Shown piece after piece: positions 48,061 to 61,049 of a stretch of 64,000 nt of DNA. The stretch comes from Leptogorgia sarmentosa. Its lineage: Eukaryota. The translations under genes were made by a program, and so were the position numbers. Where the stretch lies: assembly GCA_964658305.1 (NCBI GenBank), contig OZ210885.1, positions 3,968,001 through 4,032,000 of the forward strand. The letters are read 5' to 3'. The notes under the pieces are model-generated. The model was not told the DNA's origin, searched no databases, and worked only from the letters and a program-made list of their open reading frames with translations. Numbering within the stretch: the stretch's first letter is position 1; every line of letters starts with the position of its first letter.

Positions 48061-48430
48061 TGTTACGGTTGCGACAGTAAGATCGAGAATCCTCCACTAA
48101 CTGCCTTAAGCTAGCTGGCCTCTATCATGAATGTATTCTACTCGCTTTCGCACACTTTTACCCTGTATAGCCCTGTTCCGGGTTAATAAATGATTATGTA
48201 TGAGAATGGGGAATAAAGGTTTTTGTGTGGGGGATATGTGAGAATGGGGGGAGTCATGAGTTAAGCAGAATACATACAGAGAATAAATTCTGTTCTGCTC
48301 ATACAAGCCAAGCGTCTGTTAATGTAAGTTACTCCTTGTAGTTTATTCTGTTTGTGAGTTTTAATTAACAATTAGATAAAGATTTACATGCTCAAGATTT
48401 CAATGAGGTGAATCAGGTGATACATGTAAC
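48061..48430. mobile_element. Possible solo LTR
   Basis: TGTTAC...GTAAC ends, flanks CCAAA/CCAAG, internal AATAAA. Confidence 0.35.
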
Positions 48431-48766
48431 CCAAGTATTTGGAGCAGAGAATTAATTCATGGGAAAATCATTTAGTATATCTGTTTTTGGGAGGTTCGGT
48501 AGGCATTTTCCACACGAAACACAATAATCAGAGCTTGCATGATTAAAACTTCAATATGTGGCCAGTGTAGATAGCAGATAACATCAACAAGCAGCAAAAG
48601 TTCCGTTTCTCACTACGTAAATGATACAAACAAATTTGATGTTTGGGTAAAGGCCCTTTGTTTGGTTTGCTATAATGAACTCTAGTACCCTACCTAAGTA
48701 CTGTTATTATCTCAAAACTATTAGTGCATGCTGCCAGGTTAGTAAGTGTTTGTGGAATTGAATATA

Positions 48767-50005
48767 AACTGTGTTTCTCGCTTTATTGCAGATCATAATA
48801 TTACATAAAGTACATAATACTTCAATAATAATAAACCGCACAAGTTTGAAATTTTGAAATGAAAGAGTACTCCTAAGTAGGTAAGCTATCAAAATATTTT
48901 GCAAATATATACTATATTTCTAAAGTAATAGAGATTTATGTATTTATTAGCTATTTTCACTGTTTCTCGCTTTATTGCAAGAAAACGCATAAGGAAAAAC
49001 GCATTGCGTGGGCAGAAAAGTACATGAAAACGGACTTCCAACAGGTTCTATTCACAGATGAGGCTAGAGCCACACTTGATGGTCCGGATGGATGGGCTAA
49101 AGTTTGGAGTCCTACCGGAGCTGCTATCCCACATCGCGTTCGTCGTCAACAAGGTGGCGGGGGAGTTATGTTTTGGGCGGGTATCATGGGTGATAAATTA
49201 GTTGGACCTTTCCGAGTGCCAGAGGGTGTGAAATTCACCAGCCAAGCATACATATCGTTCTTGGATGAGCATTTGTCACCCTGGTTGGACGACCTGCCTT
49301 TGCTTCGTCTACGTCAACTCATTTTTATGCGCGACAATGCTCCCTCTCATGCAGCAAAGGCTACCACTTCCTTCCTCGCATCTCTGGGCATCAAGGGAGA
49401 GAGTCTCATGACTAGGCCGCCTTGTTCTCCCGACTTAAACCCTATTGAGCAGCTCTGGTCAATTTTAAAGAGGGAGGTTTATGAAGGAGGACAACAATTT
49501 ACATCAAAAGATGCCCTCTGGAATAAATTTGTTTATGTGGCAAGTGGAATAACACCTTCCCAAATCAAAACATTGACTTCATCTGTTGATCGGAGACTGC
49601 AGAGGGTAATTTCAAGAAATGGGAGTTTTGTTGATAAATGATTCCCTTTAAATGTAAACATTTTGTGGTGCATATCTGGTGAAATCTTCCTTACATTTCA
49701 TTGATGTCATATTGTTACTTATGATTTAAAATATTAAAATAATTCACCCTGCTAAGTTGAATTATGGTTTTATTACCTATGAACTGTATTTTCACAAATC
49801 TGCAATAGAGCGAGAAACAGTGAAAATGGCTAACAAATACATAAATGTCTATTACTTTAGAAATATAGTATATATTTGCAAAATATTTTGATAGCTGACC
49901 TACTTAGGAGTACTCTTCCAGTGTGCAAAATTTCAAACTTGTGCGGTTTTTATTATTGAAGTAATTAATAATATTATGATCTGCAATAAAGCGAGAAACA
50001 CAGTT
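48767..50005 (+). mobile_element. Tc1-type transposon with about 210-bp IR/DR TIRs; DD34E domain 49024-49641, N-terminus deleted
   Basis: TA flanks; TGTTTCTCGCTTTATTGCA occurs at both ends of each TIR; FTDE..MRDNAP..SPDLNPIEQLW. Confidence 0.93.
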
Positions 50006-50029
50006 TATATTATTATTTTGTCTAATTTA

Positions 50030-51645
50030 GATGATTGCTGAATTGAATAAGTATGGTTTCTGTCTTGAGCCAAAAATGAAGTATGATATCCTTGATGACA
50101 TTGGCAGCCATTTTCTTGATCGTACGGTTAAGTTGGTGAAGGCTGGATACAGGTTTGTGTATGTCCTGATTGGGAAGAGAAAGCCCATGATATGAGACAG
50201 GATGTACAAAACCGAAGTGTGCACGCAGTCCCTACCAGCATTGTGTTCAGCAGAGTTGGGGATCAAGATTTACCAGACTCTGGTCCACAGAAGAATCTCC
50301 AATAACTGTAATGTTGATGATATAATGTCGAATGTGTTGATGTTTTGGATCAGCTTGAGAATTGGACGTACGAACTATATTCAGCTGCTGGCCTGTGGAA
50401 CCAGCTCTCCGGAACCTAAATCCACCACTGAAACCACCCCTGTGATTGGATGTCATTCCCAACCTGATTCGCATGTCCCACCAGAGAGTGATCCTTTGCA
50501 TGGTGTGAAAATACCATGCTTTGGAGATCAACTCACCCATGTCAGATTAGCTGGTGCTAAGGATTTACGTGCTGGGTGCCATTCTCCAAAGCAAAGATTG
50601 GATCATTTGTACCCATTCTGTATAGTTGACTGGCATACAAAAAGAAGTTACTTGAAGGTACTATATGTTGCCCCATTTACATAATATTGTGTACTTTGTT
50701 GATAGTATTTCACTCTAACCATAACACTATCTACTACAGTATATTGCTTTGTCTAACACAAATTAGTTTTAATAGTATGTGCACAGTTGACAGGTTAATG
50801 CAGACACATTACTATTTGAGCTATGAGATAAGCAATGTTTTTGAAGAAAATCGGAACTCAAGTGCCTAGCCTGTTATGTTGCTAATGTATGTTGGAAACT
50901 GATGTACAATAGTGTTTCTTTTACCTAGACTGTATTTAAGCCTTGTACAAGAATAGCGGAAGAGAAAAAGGAATTCTTCGGTTCTTGAAGGAGAAGCTAA
51001 ACATGAGGAATGTCACTCTTGACATAAAACACTATGAGGACTGTGAGCATCTGTTTCTCAGTGTTGGCAAGTGTTATGTTATTGAAGCACTTCTGGAGTT
51101 TTTCCAAATGCTTGATACAAAACACAAACCAGCGGCAAACAGTCCTCATAGTGTTCATGTCCTAACAGAAGAATACCAGAAAACATATCTCGACAACACC
51201 CTGGACAGATTCCTTGATGAGTATGTTTTTGTTGAAGATGAAGAGAGCAAAGCAATTGATGGTATTTGGTGTTATGGCACAAATATCCTCAAGTCCTTCT
51301 TGCTGCTTGCTGACATACGAGATGCAGTTGCCTCAGGAAATGGGGAGTACTTATCTGCCCCGACGAAACAGCTTTTGAAGCATTTCTTTGCTACTCCTGG
51401 GTTTGCCATTGAAATGTTTGTTAACATTTTACAATGCCAAGTTGTGTTATCAGAAGCTGAAGGGCTGCCACTCTTAATTGGAAAGGTGGTGCTCATAGGC
51501 ACATTGAAATTCACTTGGTTCAGGGAAACAGTAACTCCGAAATAAAGAAATAAAAATCCATGGGAGCAAACAAGACAGAAGTTGCAATCAACAAGGCAAG
51601 CAAAGCATCGGGAGGGATGAGAAAGATTGTTGAGGCTTTTAAGGT
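50030..51645 (+). pseudogene. DUF6589-type putative transposase, intron-containing, degraded
   Basis: DWEEKAHDMRQDVQN.SVH; FGDQLT.VR..GAK.LR....PKQRLDHL.P...DWH; intron about 50658-50928; RNVT.DIKHYEDCE; DAVASGNG; KSMGANKTE.AI. Confidence 0.65.
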
Positions 51646-51649
51646 CATG

Positions 51650-52450
51650 TGAAGAAGCGCCACTCTACCTCGTGCAAGCGGCACTCAGACGAATCGACCA
51701 TTGGACTGGCTCACTAACACCAGCGCTGACTCGCCGTCTGGCGGAGGTCAGGCAAAGGGACCAATAGCGTCTTCTTGGTCCTGACGACTTCGCTAGAATG
51801 TTGGTGAGTCCAGTGAGCCAGGCCATTCGCCGACAGTATCGAGACTTGGATGAAGACGAGCCCGTTTCGATGATTGACTTTGCGCAAATGAGGGACTATC
51901 TCATGCTCCGGCTGCTGGTGGCAAGCGGTCAGCGAGCTGGGGCCCTCGCCAACCTTACGGTGGCAGAGTTCCAGGGCGGCGCCCAGACAGATGACCTGTA
52001 TGTGACCAAAACCACTCAGCACAAGACGGCCTCCTCCAAAGGACCCGCAAAGCTCTTCTGGGGCGGGGAGCTGAAGAACATGGTCCAGAAGTACCTGGCC
52101 CACTTGAGGCCAACCTACGCGAATCGTGACTCAGTTACAGAAGGCAAGCCTGGCATACCGCCGGAACCCATCTTCTTCGTGAACCTTTCGGGCCAGCGTC
52201 TGACGGAATCGAGGGTCTCCCGCAAAGTAATGGTAATGGGCCAACAGATGGACGCGGACGTCCACAGGCAGGGCTGGCCTCCGTAAATCTCTGATCAGTA
52301 AGCAGAGGAAAATGGGGCATTCGTGAGCTGTCAGCGATGAGCAGGGCAAAACAAATGTCCCATTCGGGGACGACGTCCGATAAATATTATAATGTGGCAG
52401 GGACGGGGGAAGAGGACGTCACAGTGGCGAAGTTCTTCAGGGATGAATGA
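51650..52450 (+). pseudogene. Tyrosine recombinase of a non-DIRS type, GC-richer than flanks
   Basis: RDYLMLRLLVASGQRAG.L.NLT..EF; HKT..KGPA; LRP; after frameshifts LRKS..KQMSHSGTTSDKYYN. Confidence 0.75.
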
Positions 52451-52484
52451 ATGTCTAAGAGGCTATATAGGCTCTTAAGTCTAA

Positions 52485-52634
52485 AGCCGGTTTTCCACTA
52501 GCGACTTTAGTCGCGCAAAGCGAATATTTTCCATTGTCCTTGAGCTTTCGACTGGAACCATCTGGAACTAATTGCATCAAGACAAAAGAAAAAAATCGAT
52601 TCGCGCGACAAAAGTCGCTAGTGGAAAATCGGCT
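52485..52634. mobile_element. PIF/Harbinger MITE with TAA TSD
   Basis: TAA-AGCCGGTTTTCCACTAGCGACTTT ... AAAGTCGCTAGTGGAAAATCGGCT-TAA. Confidence 0.9.
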
Positions 52635-52639
52635 TAAGA

Positions 52640-54038
52640 GGCTCCTACTCAACGATGCCATCACTTCAATCGAAGGTGTGATCTTTTACCTCTCCTGCAT
52701 TTCCAGCATCTGTTCCAATCCGAACACCACGAAAGCTCAACAGAGCAACGCCAATGTTGGAGAAAACACCAATCCTTGTGTCTCCTTTTTTATCGTGTAC
52801 CAGCCAAACGAGAAATGTGACGACGACACATTTTTTCGGCTTCGCATAATGAGGACGTGGAGCCGGAAATTCGACTGATCTAGTTCGGCTTCGCATAACG
52901 ATGCGCTGAACGACAGCCTTACCAAAAACTTCAGCAGCATCCAAAGATTCCTCTCCCATCCAGCCTGTGAGATTGTGGAACAAATCAGCTTCGACATGAA
53001 TCTCATAGAAGTGCCCAACAACGGCTTCTGCTTCTCCATCTCCGACAGAGCATTCGTCCCCAATCCCATCAACGACTCGATGATTGGCAAGTTATCCCCG
53101 AGAGCCTACGTTCCGTACAAATGTTCAGCGGCCTCTCAACCTCACCACTTTCGTGATGGCATCCACAACTCCTTCCCCGAAGAAGACGTTTGTGTCCAGT
53201 TCGTCAATAACTTCTATCAGTGTTTGCTGGCTTACAAGATGCCGCAGAAGACAAGAAAATTGGTTGTGACCAGGCCACATGACTCTGGCAAGACATCTTG
53301 GGCGAATATCTTCCGGCGCGCATCATCCCCGAAGAATACATTGCTTCGATAACCAACAAACGGCATTTCTCCGCAGCCATGATAACCAACGAGACGCAAC
53401 TGGTCTTCATCGACGAATGGTCAGCGAACACAATGAGCGCAGAACTAGCGAAAAAGGTTCTGCAAGGTGGCTGGATGGTCACCGCCGTCAAGCACTGTCA
53501 GCCCAGACAAGTGAACTCACACAGCCCCTTCTATATAACCACCAACCACGTCCCTGACTTCGGTACAGAAACTGAGAATGTGGAACGCCATATTCACATT
53601 TCCCCCACCCAATCCCTGCCAACTCCAACACCTGGGATCGACCAGTGGATTTTCGACAATGCTATGCGTTGCATCGCGTGGATGGCAGAGGAAATCAACG
53701 CACATCGTGATTTGATCCCAGCAGCCGAGCTGCGGTATGAAGACAAGGACAATGTCATGCATATGGTTCCATCCCACAACATCACCGCGCAGTGGACGAG
53801 AACCGACATTGTCCAGATTAGCAAGGCAGATCTGGAGCCGCAACGACAGCATGTAAATAGGGCAGGGAGCAACATAGCCATACATCCTGAGTTTGTCGCG
53901 GAAGGCAGATCAAGACCTCTCGCGAGAAAGTGTCGGCGTGCACGGCAGTTAAGGGACAGTTCCTCGCCAGAAAATACCAGCGAAAACGTTGCGGACGAAA
54001 TGGACACGTACACATCACACCCAACTGAGCCGCCCTGA
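52640..54038 (+). pseudogene. Superfamily 3 (D5-like) helicase, copy 1
   Basis: Walker A VVTRPHDSGKT, Walker B VFIDEW, LQGG..TAVK, motif C FYITTN; frameshift at about 53315. Confidence 0.85.
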
Positions 54039-54044
54039 TCGCAC

Positions 54045-54440
54045 ACACCAGAAGAACATGCATCCCAAACACCAGAAGAAGGCGGTTTCAAAACACCAGA
54101 AGAAGACGGTTCCCAAACACCAGAAGAAGGCGGTTCCCAAACACCAGAAGAAGGCAGTTCCCAAACAGCAGAAGAAAACGGTTCCGAAACACCAGAAGAA
54201 CACGGTTCCCAAACATCAGAAGAACACGGTTCCCAAACATCAGAAGAACACGGTTCCAAAACACCAGAAGAACACGGTTCCAAAACACCAGAAGAACACG
54301 GTTCCAAAACACCAGAAGAACACGGTTCCAAAACACCAGAAGAACACGGTTCCAAAACACCAGAAGAACACGGTTCCCAAATACCAGAAGAACACGGTTC
54401 CCAAATACCAGAAGAACACGGTTCCCAAAACACCAGAAGT
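54045..54440 (+). repeat. 24-bp tandem array (about 16 units) downstream of the helicase domain
   Basis: ACACCAGAAGAACACGGTTCCAAA; reads TPEEHGS(K/Q) in the helicase frame. Confidence 0.95.
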
Positions 54441-54654
54441 ACAATTCTCAACAAACTAAATGAAGAGGACACTTACAAAAAATATGAAACCGGCTAGTGT
54501 ACTATTTCTTTGTGACAGTCTTGATAAAAGCAAACATTCTCTTTCAAGTAGTTTTGATAAGTATTTGGAAAACAGGTTAGGGTCAGATTTATGTGCCGAG
54601 TTGAGGTCAGTTTATACATAGGCTTGATATAACTAACCCCAACCCGGCACATAC

Positions 54655-57645
54655 TAACCAAATCTGGTGGCAAATGTCACCTCCCCTGTTTTGACTGTAG
54701 AAGTTGATATCATACAATTTTCTAATACAGATTTATAACAGTCCTCATGAAATGGAATGACGGATTGTACTTCGGAAAGAGTTGCCCAACTTCTACTTCT
54801 ACGGGATTCGAGGGTTTCTATACCCAGTTTTGATCGCATATCTTTGGCTAAATACTTTTGTGCTCTCTTTACATACACTTCGGTAACTGTGAAGTTTTGA
54901 AGCACTGTTGCAGGGGGACGATTGAATTTGCGAAAATCTAGTAAATCAGAAATACTTGCGACATACCCAATTTGTCCTGATTCTCCAATACACCACTTCT
55001 CTTTGAGAGTGTCCACAAACATTGTTAATAGTTGTGGAGACCCAAAGGCGTAATCGATGAGATTAGGTGCATTGAGCACGTCTTCTTCGCCCTCGCCATT
55101 CTCGTCACAACAAAACTTTATGAACTTTAATGTTCGCTTAACTGAAACGTCCGATTGTGTGGCAGATTTGCTGCCGCCACAGCTGCTTTGAAGCCATTTT
55201 GAAAACGATGTAGCAAAGTCATTATCTGTAGAACAGCCCGGGACTGATGATGATGCTTTCAGAAGGTGGGTTACTACTCAAAATTGGTTCTCCGACCTTG
55301 AACCCAACCCTACTGTCGATACCTTGGCAGTTTCTCTCACGAACCAGTTAATAGAAGGTATTGACCGAATTTTTCCACAACAGACGTCAACACGCCATTA
55401 TACGGATAAACCATGGATAACACACACCTGCAATTAAACAACTTATTAAAGATCGCCAAAAGGATCATTTCATGGCCAAAACACAACCTTGTGGAAAACA
55501 CTAAAATATAAGGTCCAACATGAAATCAAAGTGAGGAAAACATCATATTACAAAACAAAGGTGAAACATTTAAAGAAGGATGACTGCCGTATGTGGTGGA
55601 AAATCATGAACAAAATGGCAGGCAAATCTGAAAAGAATCATTCTTTCTCGGTTGAGCATGATGGAAGAACCCTGAACCAATCAGAATTAGTGAAAGCTTT
55701 GAATGTATTCTATGCATCGGTCAGTAGTGACATTCCACCACTTGACGTAACGGCACTCCTGGCATTTCTTCCAGCCAAAGAACTCATCCCAACAATTCAA
55801 CCGTACGAAGTTGCTAGAAAGCTCTTAGAAATTAAACCCTTCAAAGCTCACGGCCCAGATAATATCCCCTGCCGTATCCTAAAAGAGTTTGCCTATGAAT
55901 TAGCCGATCCAGTTGCAACCATCTTCAACGCATCTCTCACATCCGCAATCGTCCCTGCTATATGGAAAGACTCAGACATTATACCGATCCCAAAATCACA
56001 ACCTCCCACCTGTGAAGGCGATACTAGGCCCATCTCGCTGACACCCTGTCTGGCAAAAGTTCTTGAAGATTTCGTGGTCAGGTGGATGATAACTGATATT
56101 GAAGACAGGATCGATCCTAAGCAGTTTGGATGTTTAAAAGGGACATCCACAACTTATTGTCTTTTAGACATGATCCACACTTGGCTGCGGAACTTGGAGT
56201 CTCCCGAAAAACATCTTAGACTTTGTTTCCTTGACTTCGCAAAGGCGTTCGATCGGATAAGACATAATATATTAATACTAAGGTTGTTGGACCTGGGTGT
56301 TCGATCGTCCTTGTTACCCTGGATAATTCACTTTCTCTCTAATCGTCGACATCGGGTCAAGCTTGGAGGAGAAACATCAGACTGGTTGCCAATGAATGCG
56401 GGTGTCCCTCAGGGAACAAAACTCAGACCAATTTTGTTTTTGGTCATGATAAATGACCTGGATGTAAAAACACACGCGATGGATATTTGGAAACAGTAAT
56501 TCAAAATTTCAGTCCTGTATTGATTCAATCAATTCTTGGGCTTCGTGCAACCTTATGAAACTTAACCCTAAAAAGTGCAAAGAACTCCGCGTTGGTTTTC
56601 GCAGGGAAACGCCTGATTTATCACCATTGTTGATAGACGGTCACACACTTGAGGTTGTGCGGTCTCACAAAGTGCTCGGGCTGGTTATCCAAAATGATCT
56701 AAAATGGAACAACCATATAGAATCAGTTGTATCCAAGGCTTCTAAACATTTATACATCATCCGAACATTACGGCGAGGTGGTGTTCCTGCGGAGGACTTA
56801 TTGACAATATACTCTGCCCTAATACGATCGGTTCTGGAGTACTGCTGTGTGGTATGGCACCATTCCATTCCCAAATTCTCATCTTGCCAATGAGGTTGAA
56901 CGAGTGCAGAGACGAGCGCTGAAGATTATTTTACTGGGGTACTCTTATAAGGAGCGTTAATACAACTTGGGTGTTCCAGATTGGATGAAAGGCGTGAACA
57001 ACTTTGTCTTTACACTTTGGAAAAAATACAAATGGAAGGACCACTGTCAAAATATGTTCCCCTGACCAGGGCCAGCTCCAATGAATACCAACTAAGAAAC
57101 TCGAACAACTTAACATTAATAAAATGCCGAACCGAAAGATACCGTCGTAGTTTCTTTCCAAGTACAGTTGCTTTATAAAACAATTCTAGTGACAAAACTT
57201 AAGTGCGATACTTAATGAGTTTAGTAAGAATGTAATTACTTTTTAAATTACAATGTAAAAACTTATTATTTTTATGTATAAAAATTGTAGTAGTAGTTTT
57301 CATATCTTTGCAAGCGCACCGTAATTCAATTCATTGCGATGGTGTGTATTTTATACCATTAATAATAATAAAAAGAACTGTTTTACCACATCTTCGTTGC
57401 GTTTCGGTGATTGCAAGCGGCGAAAGGCACACTTTGGGCTTTGTGTCAAAATAGTAATAGCAGCCGTGTATCGTTTTAACATGTTTATGACAGCCTCTTT
57501 GACTGCCAAATCCTGAATGTTCACAACCTATTACTGGACAATGATGTAAGCCATCGGTGCCTTTCACCAAATGCAATCGCCTCGGTTTTGTAAACGCCCC
57601 GTCTACAGACTTCCAATCTATTTGAGCTTTTCTATGTGCAAACAT
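54655..57645 (-). pseudogene. C2H2-finger tyrosine recombinase, copy 1 (split by a LINE, catalytic half deleted)
   Basis: 57645-57380 MFAHRK..CPVIGC..HVKTIH; 55246-54655 is nearly identical to 63941-63445. Confidence 0.85.
55247..57376 (+). mobile_element. 5'-truncated L2/CR1-group LINE with TAA/A-rich tail and ACTG TSD
   Basis: KAHGPDNIP, RPISLTP, FLDFAKAFD, GVPQGT. ACTG at 55243-55246 and 57377-57380; single ACTG at the paralogous empty site 63938-63941. Confidence 0.92.
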
Positions 57646-58259
57646 ATAAACGATAAAATGTTTGCGACCAAAAGTACCTTGGCTTTTATAACAACAACTT
57701 ATGCAAACTGCCTAAATTGAGTTTCTTAATTCAGCCTAAGGCACTGCATTGTAAAAAATGTATTGTTCATGACATTGCTTCCTTCACAAGGGAACAATAA
57801 AAGGGAACAACCAAATGTGAATCATGCAAAATTGGCCGTTAAATTTCATTGTTAAAGGAACAATATTTAGGGATACGTATGATAACCATGGTTATAAACC
57901 ACAGTCTAAAATATTGTTCCCTTTGTGTTGCCACCCAAAATTGCGCACATGATTGTTTGAATGCAAACATATATAAATAAAGCGCTGAGTTGAATAAGCC
58001 TATCCAACATTTCGGTAACAACTAGCTTGCTGTCTGTACATGCTAATGCCTCCTAAGCCAAGAAAGTGTTTGGACTCGACGAGAGTACAGAACTCTCTTC
58101 GTTCCAACATGATCAACTTGGTAGGTTCAATACGTTTTATTTTATTATTTGTTCAACAATCTATTACAGTTTGTGCGTAGGTTTTACATTCTTACACTAT
58201 TCAAGTGTCTGTCCTTATTGTGCAAGAGTGTGTTTAACACGTAGCCAGCCGAATTGTTT

Positions 58260-60922
58260 TCCCTACCATTATTATCCTGGCAGTGTTCATTTGTAATGAT
58301 GCAATGTATTGAAAGCATACCGGAATCGGAAAACCTTTTTCTCCTGGCTTAATTGCGCCAAGCCAGACATCATAGCTCTCCAAGAGACCCATTGTCGATC
58401 GGTTGAAGGGTTTCAATCCTGGGTAGCTACTGAATCATATGAAAATAATAATTTACAACATTATCTAGTAGAATCTTCTCCCGGTTCTATACGTAGTGCC
58501 GGCGTTGCATTACTCTACAAACCTAATTTTAAAATTGAGAAAGTCGCCAAAGATTCCGATGGCCGACTTATAGTAGCCTGCTTTAAGCATATCAACCTGG
58601 AATCTGTGTTTCAGGTAGTTAATATATACGGTCCGAATCAAAAAAACCCTGGCATAGAATTTTTTTCCTCCTTACATCAGAAGATCGATTCAGCCCTTCC
58701 CACGATTTTGTGTGGGGATTTCAATGTCGCCGTTGACCCACAGGTCGACCGGTTAGGGTGTAATCCAGATTCTCCCTGGGCTTATAACTGGCCTGCACCT
58801 CTTTCATCTCTAACTAATAGGTGTGATCTCGTCGATACGTGGCGTTTACACCACCCAAATGAACGTGCTTACACATGGCGTCGAGCCAATGGATCCCAAG
58901 CATCCAGATTGGATATGTTTTGGATCTCTTCTTCCCTGCACGAACATGTCTCCGAGGTGTCTATCCTCCCTTTTTTTCGTTCTGACCACTCCTATGTTTT
59001 TCTCCGAGCGGCCTTTCCGGCTCTGCCTGAACGAGGCCCGGGGGTGTGGAAACTGAATACCTCATTATTGCGCGATGAAACTCTGTGCGCAGAGGTCCAT
59101 TCTTTTTGGATTTCTTGGCGGTCTGAACAAGATTCCTTTCCATCATTAGCAGTTTGGTGGGATGCGGGCAAGGCTCGCTTAAAGGATAAAATTCGACATT
59201 TTTCTCGTGGCAAGGCCAAGTCACGGCGGTCATCCATTTATAATTTAGAAACTTCCCTAGAACATCTTCACCGACGGGAAACCAATGGCGAAGATGTAGC
59301 TCACCTTATAAAAGAGACCAAAGACAAGCTCAAATTAGAACATCTACATGCGGCGGAGGGCGTGCGCATTCGCAGCAAAGAGCAGTGGGCCGAAGAAGGT
59401 GAAACCTCTTCTGCCTTTTTCTTCCGTCAAGAGAAAGCGAGAGCATCACGCCGTCTATTTACTGGCATTCGCGATGCACACGGCACTATAGTCAGATCTG
59501 TTTCCGCCATCTTACGAGTTTGGTGCCTTTTTTATGTTCAACTTTTTTTGGCATCTCTTTTATCTCCCTCGGATGAGTCTTTTTTCATCAATAGTTTAGA
59601 TCAATCTCTCTCTTCTGAAGAAGCTCAGCTTTGTGAAGGAGAGGCTACATTATCTGAATGCCAGCGAGCCTTGAATTCCTTTAAACATAATAAATCTCCG
59701 GGTCTTGATGGCTTGCCATACGAGTTTTACCAGTCCTTTTGGGACATATTAGGACCTGATCTAGTAAATGTATACAACGATTGCATGGCACGGGGTGCTC
59801 TTTCTTTTTCACAGAGAACCGGATTAATCTCGCTTCTCTTTAAGAAAAATGATCGTTTAGACGTCAAGAATTGGCGTCCCATTTCCCTTTTGTGCACCGA
59901 TTATAAAATTTTATCTAAGGTGCTAACCAACCGTCTTAAAGTTGTTCTATCTTCGGTAATTTCCGAATCACAAGCTTGTGGTGTTCCTGGCCGGTTTTCC
60001 GGGCTAAATGTTAGGACATTACAAGATATAGTCAATTTTTGTAATCGCAACAATACTGGAGGGACTATTATCTCCTTAGATCAAGAGAAGGCTTTTGATC
60101 GGGTCGAATGGGGGTTCATGCTACGCACCTTAGAAAAAATGCATTTTGGTCCATCTTTTTGTGCATGGGTCAAACTCTTGTACACTAACATTTTTTCTCG
60201 CGTCCTAGTTAATGGTTTTGTAAGCTATGCTTTTACCATCACTTGTGGAGTTCGCCAAGGGTGTCCTCTTTCTCCATTACTGTATATAATTGTGGCATAG
60301 ACCATCTCAAGTGCCATAAAAAAGGACCTCAATATTGACGGTTTTCAAATGTTCAATGGTGAGACCATAAAAATTTTTCAGTATGCAGATGATACGTCAG
60401 TTATCGTTCACTCCGAGCAGGCCCTGCAGTCACTTTTTTCTCTTTTTGAGAAATACGAGAGAGCGTCTGGAGCAAAATTAAACATTGCTAAAAGTCATGG
60501 TCTTCTTTTTGGCACCTGGAAGAATAGGGTTGACCTACCTGTCCAGCTCAATTGGTCTAGTGACACCATAACCGTGTTGGGGTGTCGGGTTGCTAACATA
60601 GAATATGCCAATTGGGACTCCTTAATAACGAAATTAGACCAGCAACTGTCACTATGGAAACAGCGTCAGCTGTCTTTTAGGGGCAGAGCACTTATTGTAA
60701 ATACCTTGGGGCTGTCGCTCTTCTGGTATCAGGCGACTATTTTCGACTTACCAAAAATGACAGTAGCTAAAATAAATAAACTAATTTTTCCTTTTGTGTG
60801 GGGGAAAAAGCGCGAATGGATGGCGCGCACATCCATGGTCCAGCCCATCGGAGACGGTGGTTTGAATATTGTGGACATCCCAACTAAAATCTTGTCCATT
60901 CGTGCCATTTGGCTCCGTCGGT
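58260..60922 (+). mobile_element. Tx1/L1-clade LINE ORF2 (APE endonuclease plus RT), one internal stop, 3' truncated
   Basis: LQETH, GDFN, SRLD, SDH, WKLN; KSPGLDG, NWRPISLL, LDQEKAFD, RQGCPLSP, QYADD. Confidence 0.93.
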
Positions 60923-61049
60923 GGAATTGCTTTAATGCTAATGCTCTCAAATATTTTTTAATGCTAATATATGGTTTGTATGAATTGTTCCATCCTTAGA
61001 TTTGTGATGATTTTCGAGCAGTCGGCTGTCACGCTGTGTGGAAGGTGAG

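Noticed and set aside
51650..54038. Bacterial or phage contamination (integrase plus D5-like helicase)
   Set aside because: Interrupted by a eukaryotic Harbinger MITE and flanked by LINE- and intron-containing elements; the helicase recurs as a decayed paralogue in the same window.
53594..54472. Several long overlapping ORFs (WEPCSSG, KHQKNTVP, GTVFFWC repeats)
   Set aside because: By-products of a stop-free 24-bp tandem repeat read in different frames.
58040..60945. ATGCTAATGC at 58040 and 60936 as a Tx1 target-site duplication
   Set aside because: The LINE stops mid-ORF with no 3' tail and the motif recurs nearby (about 60961), so coincidence is likely.
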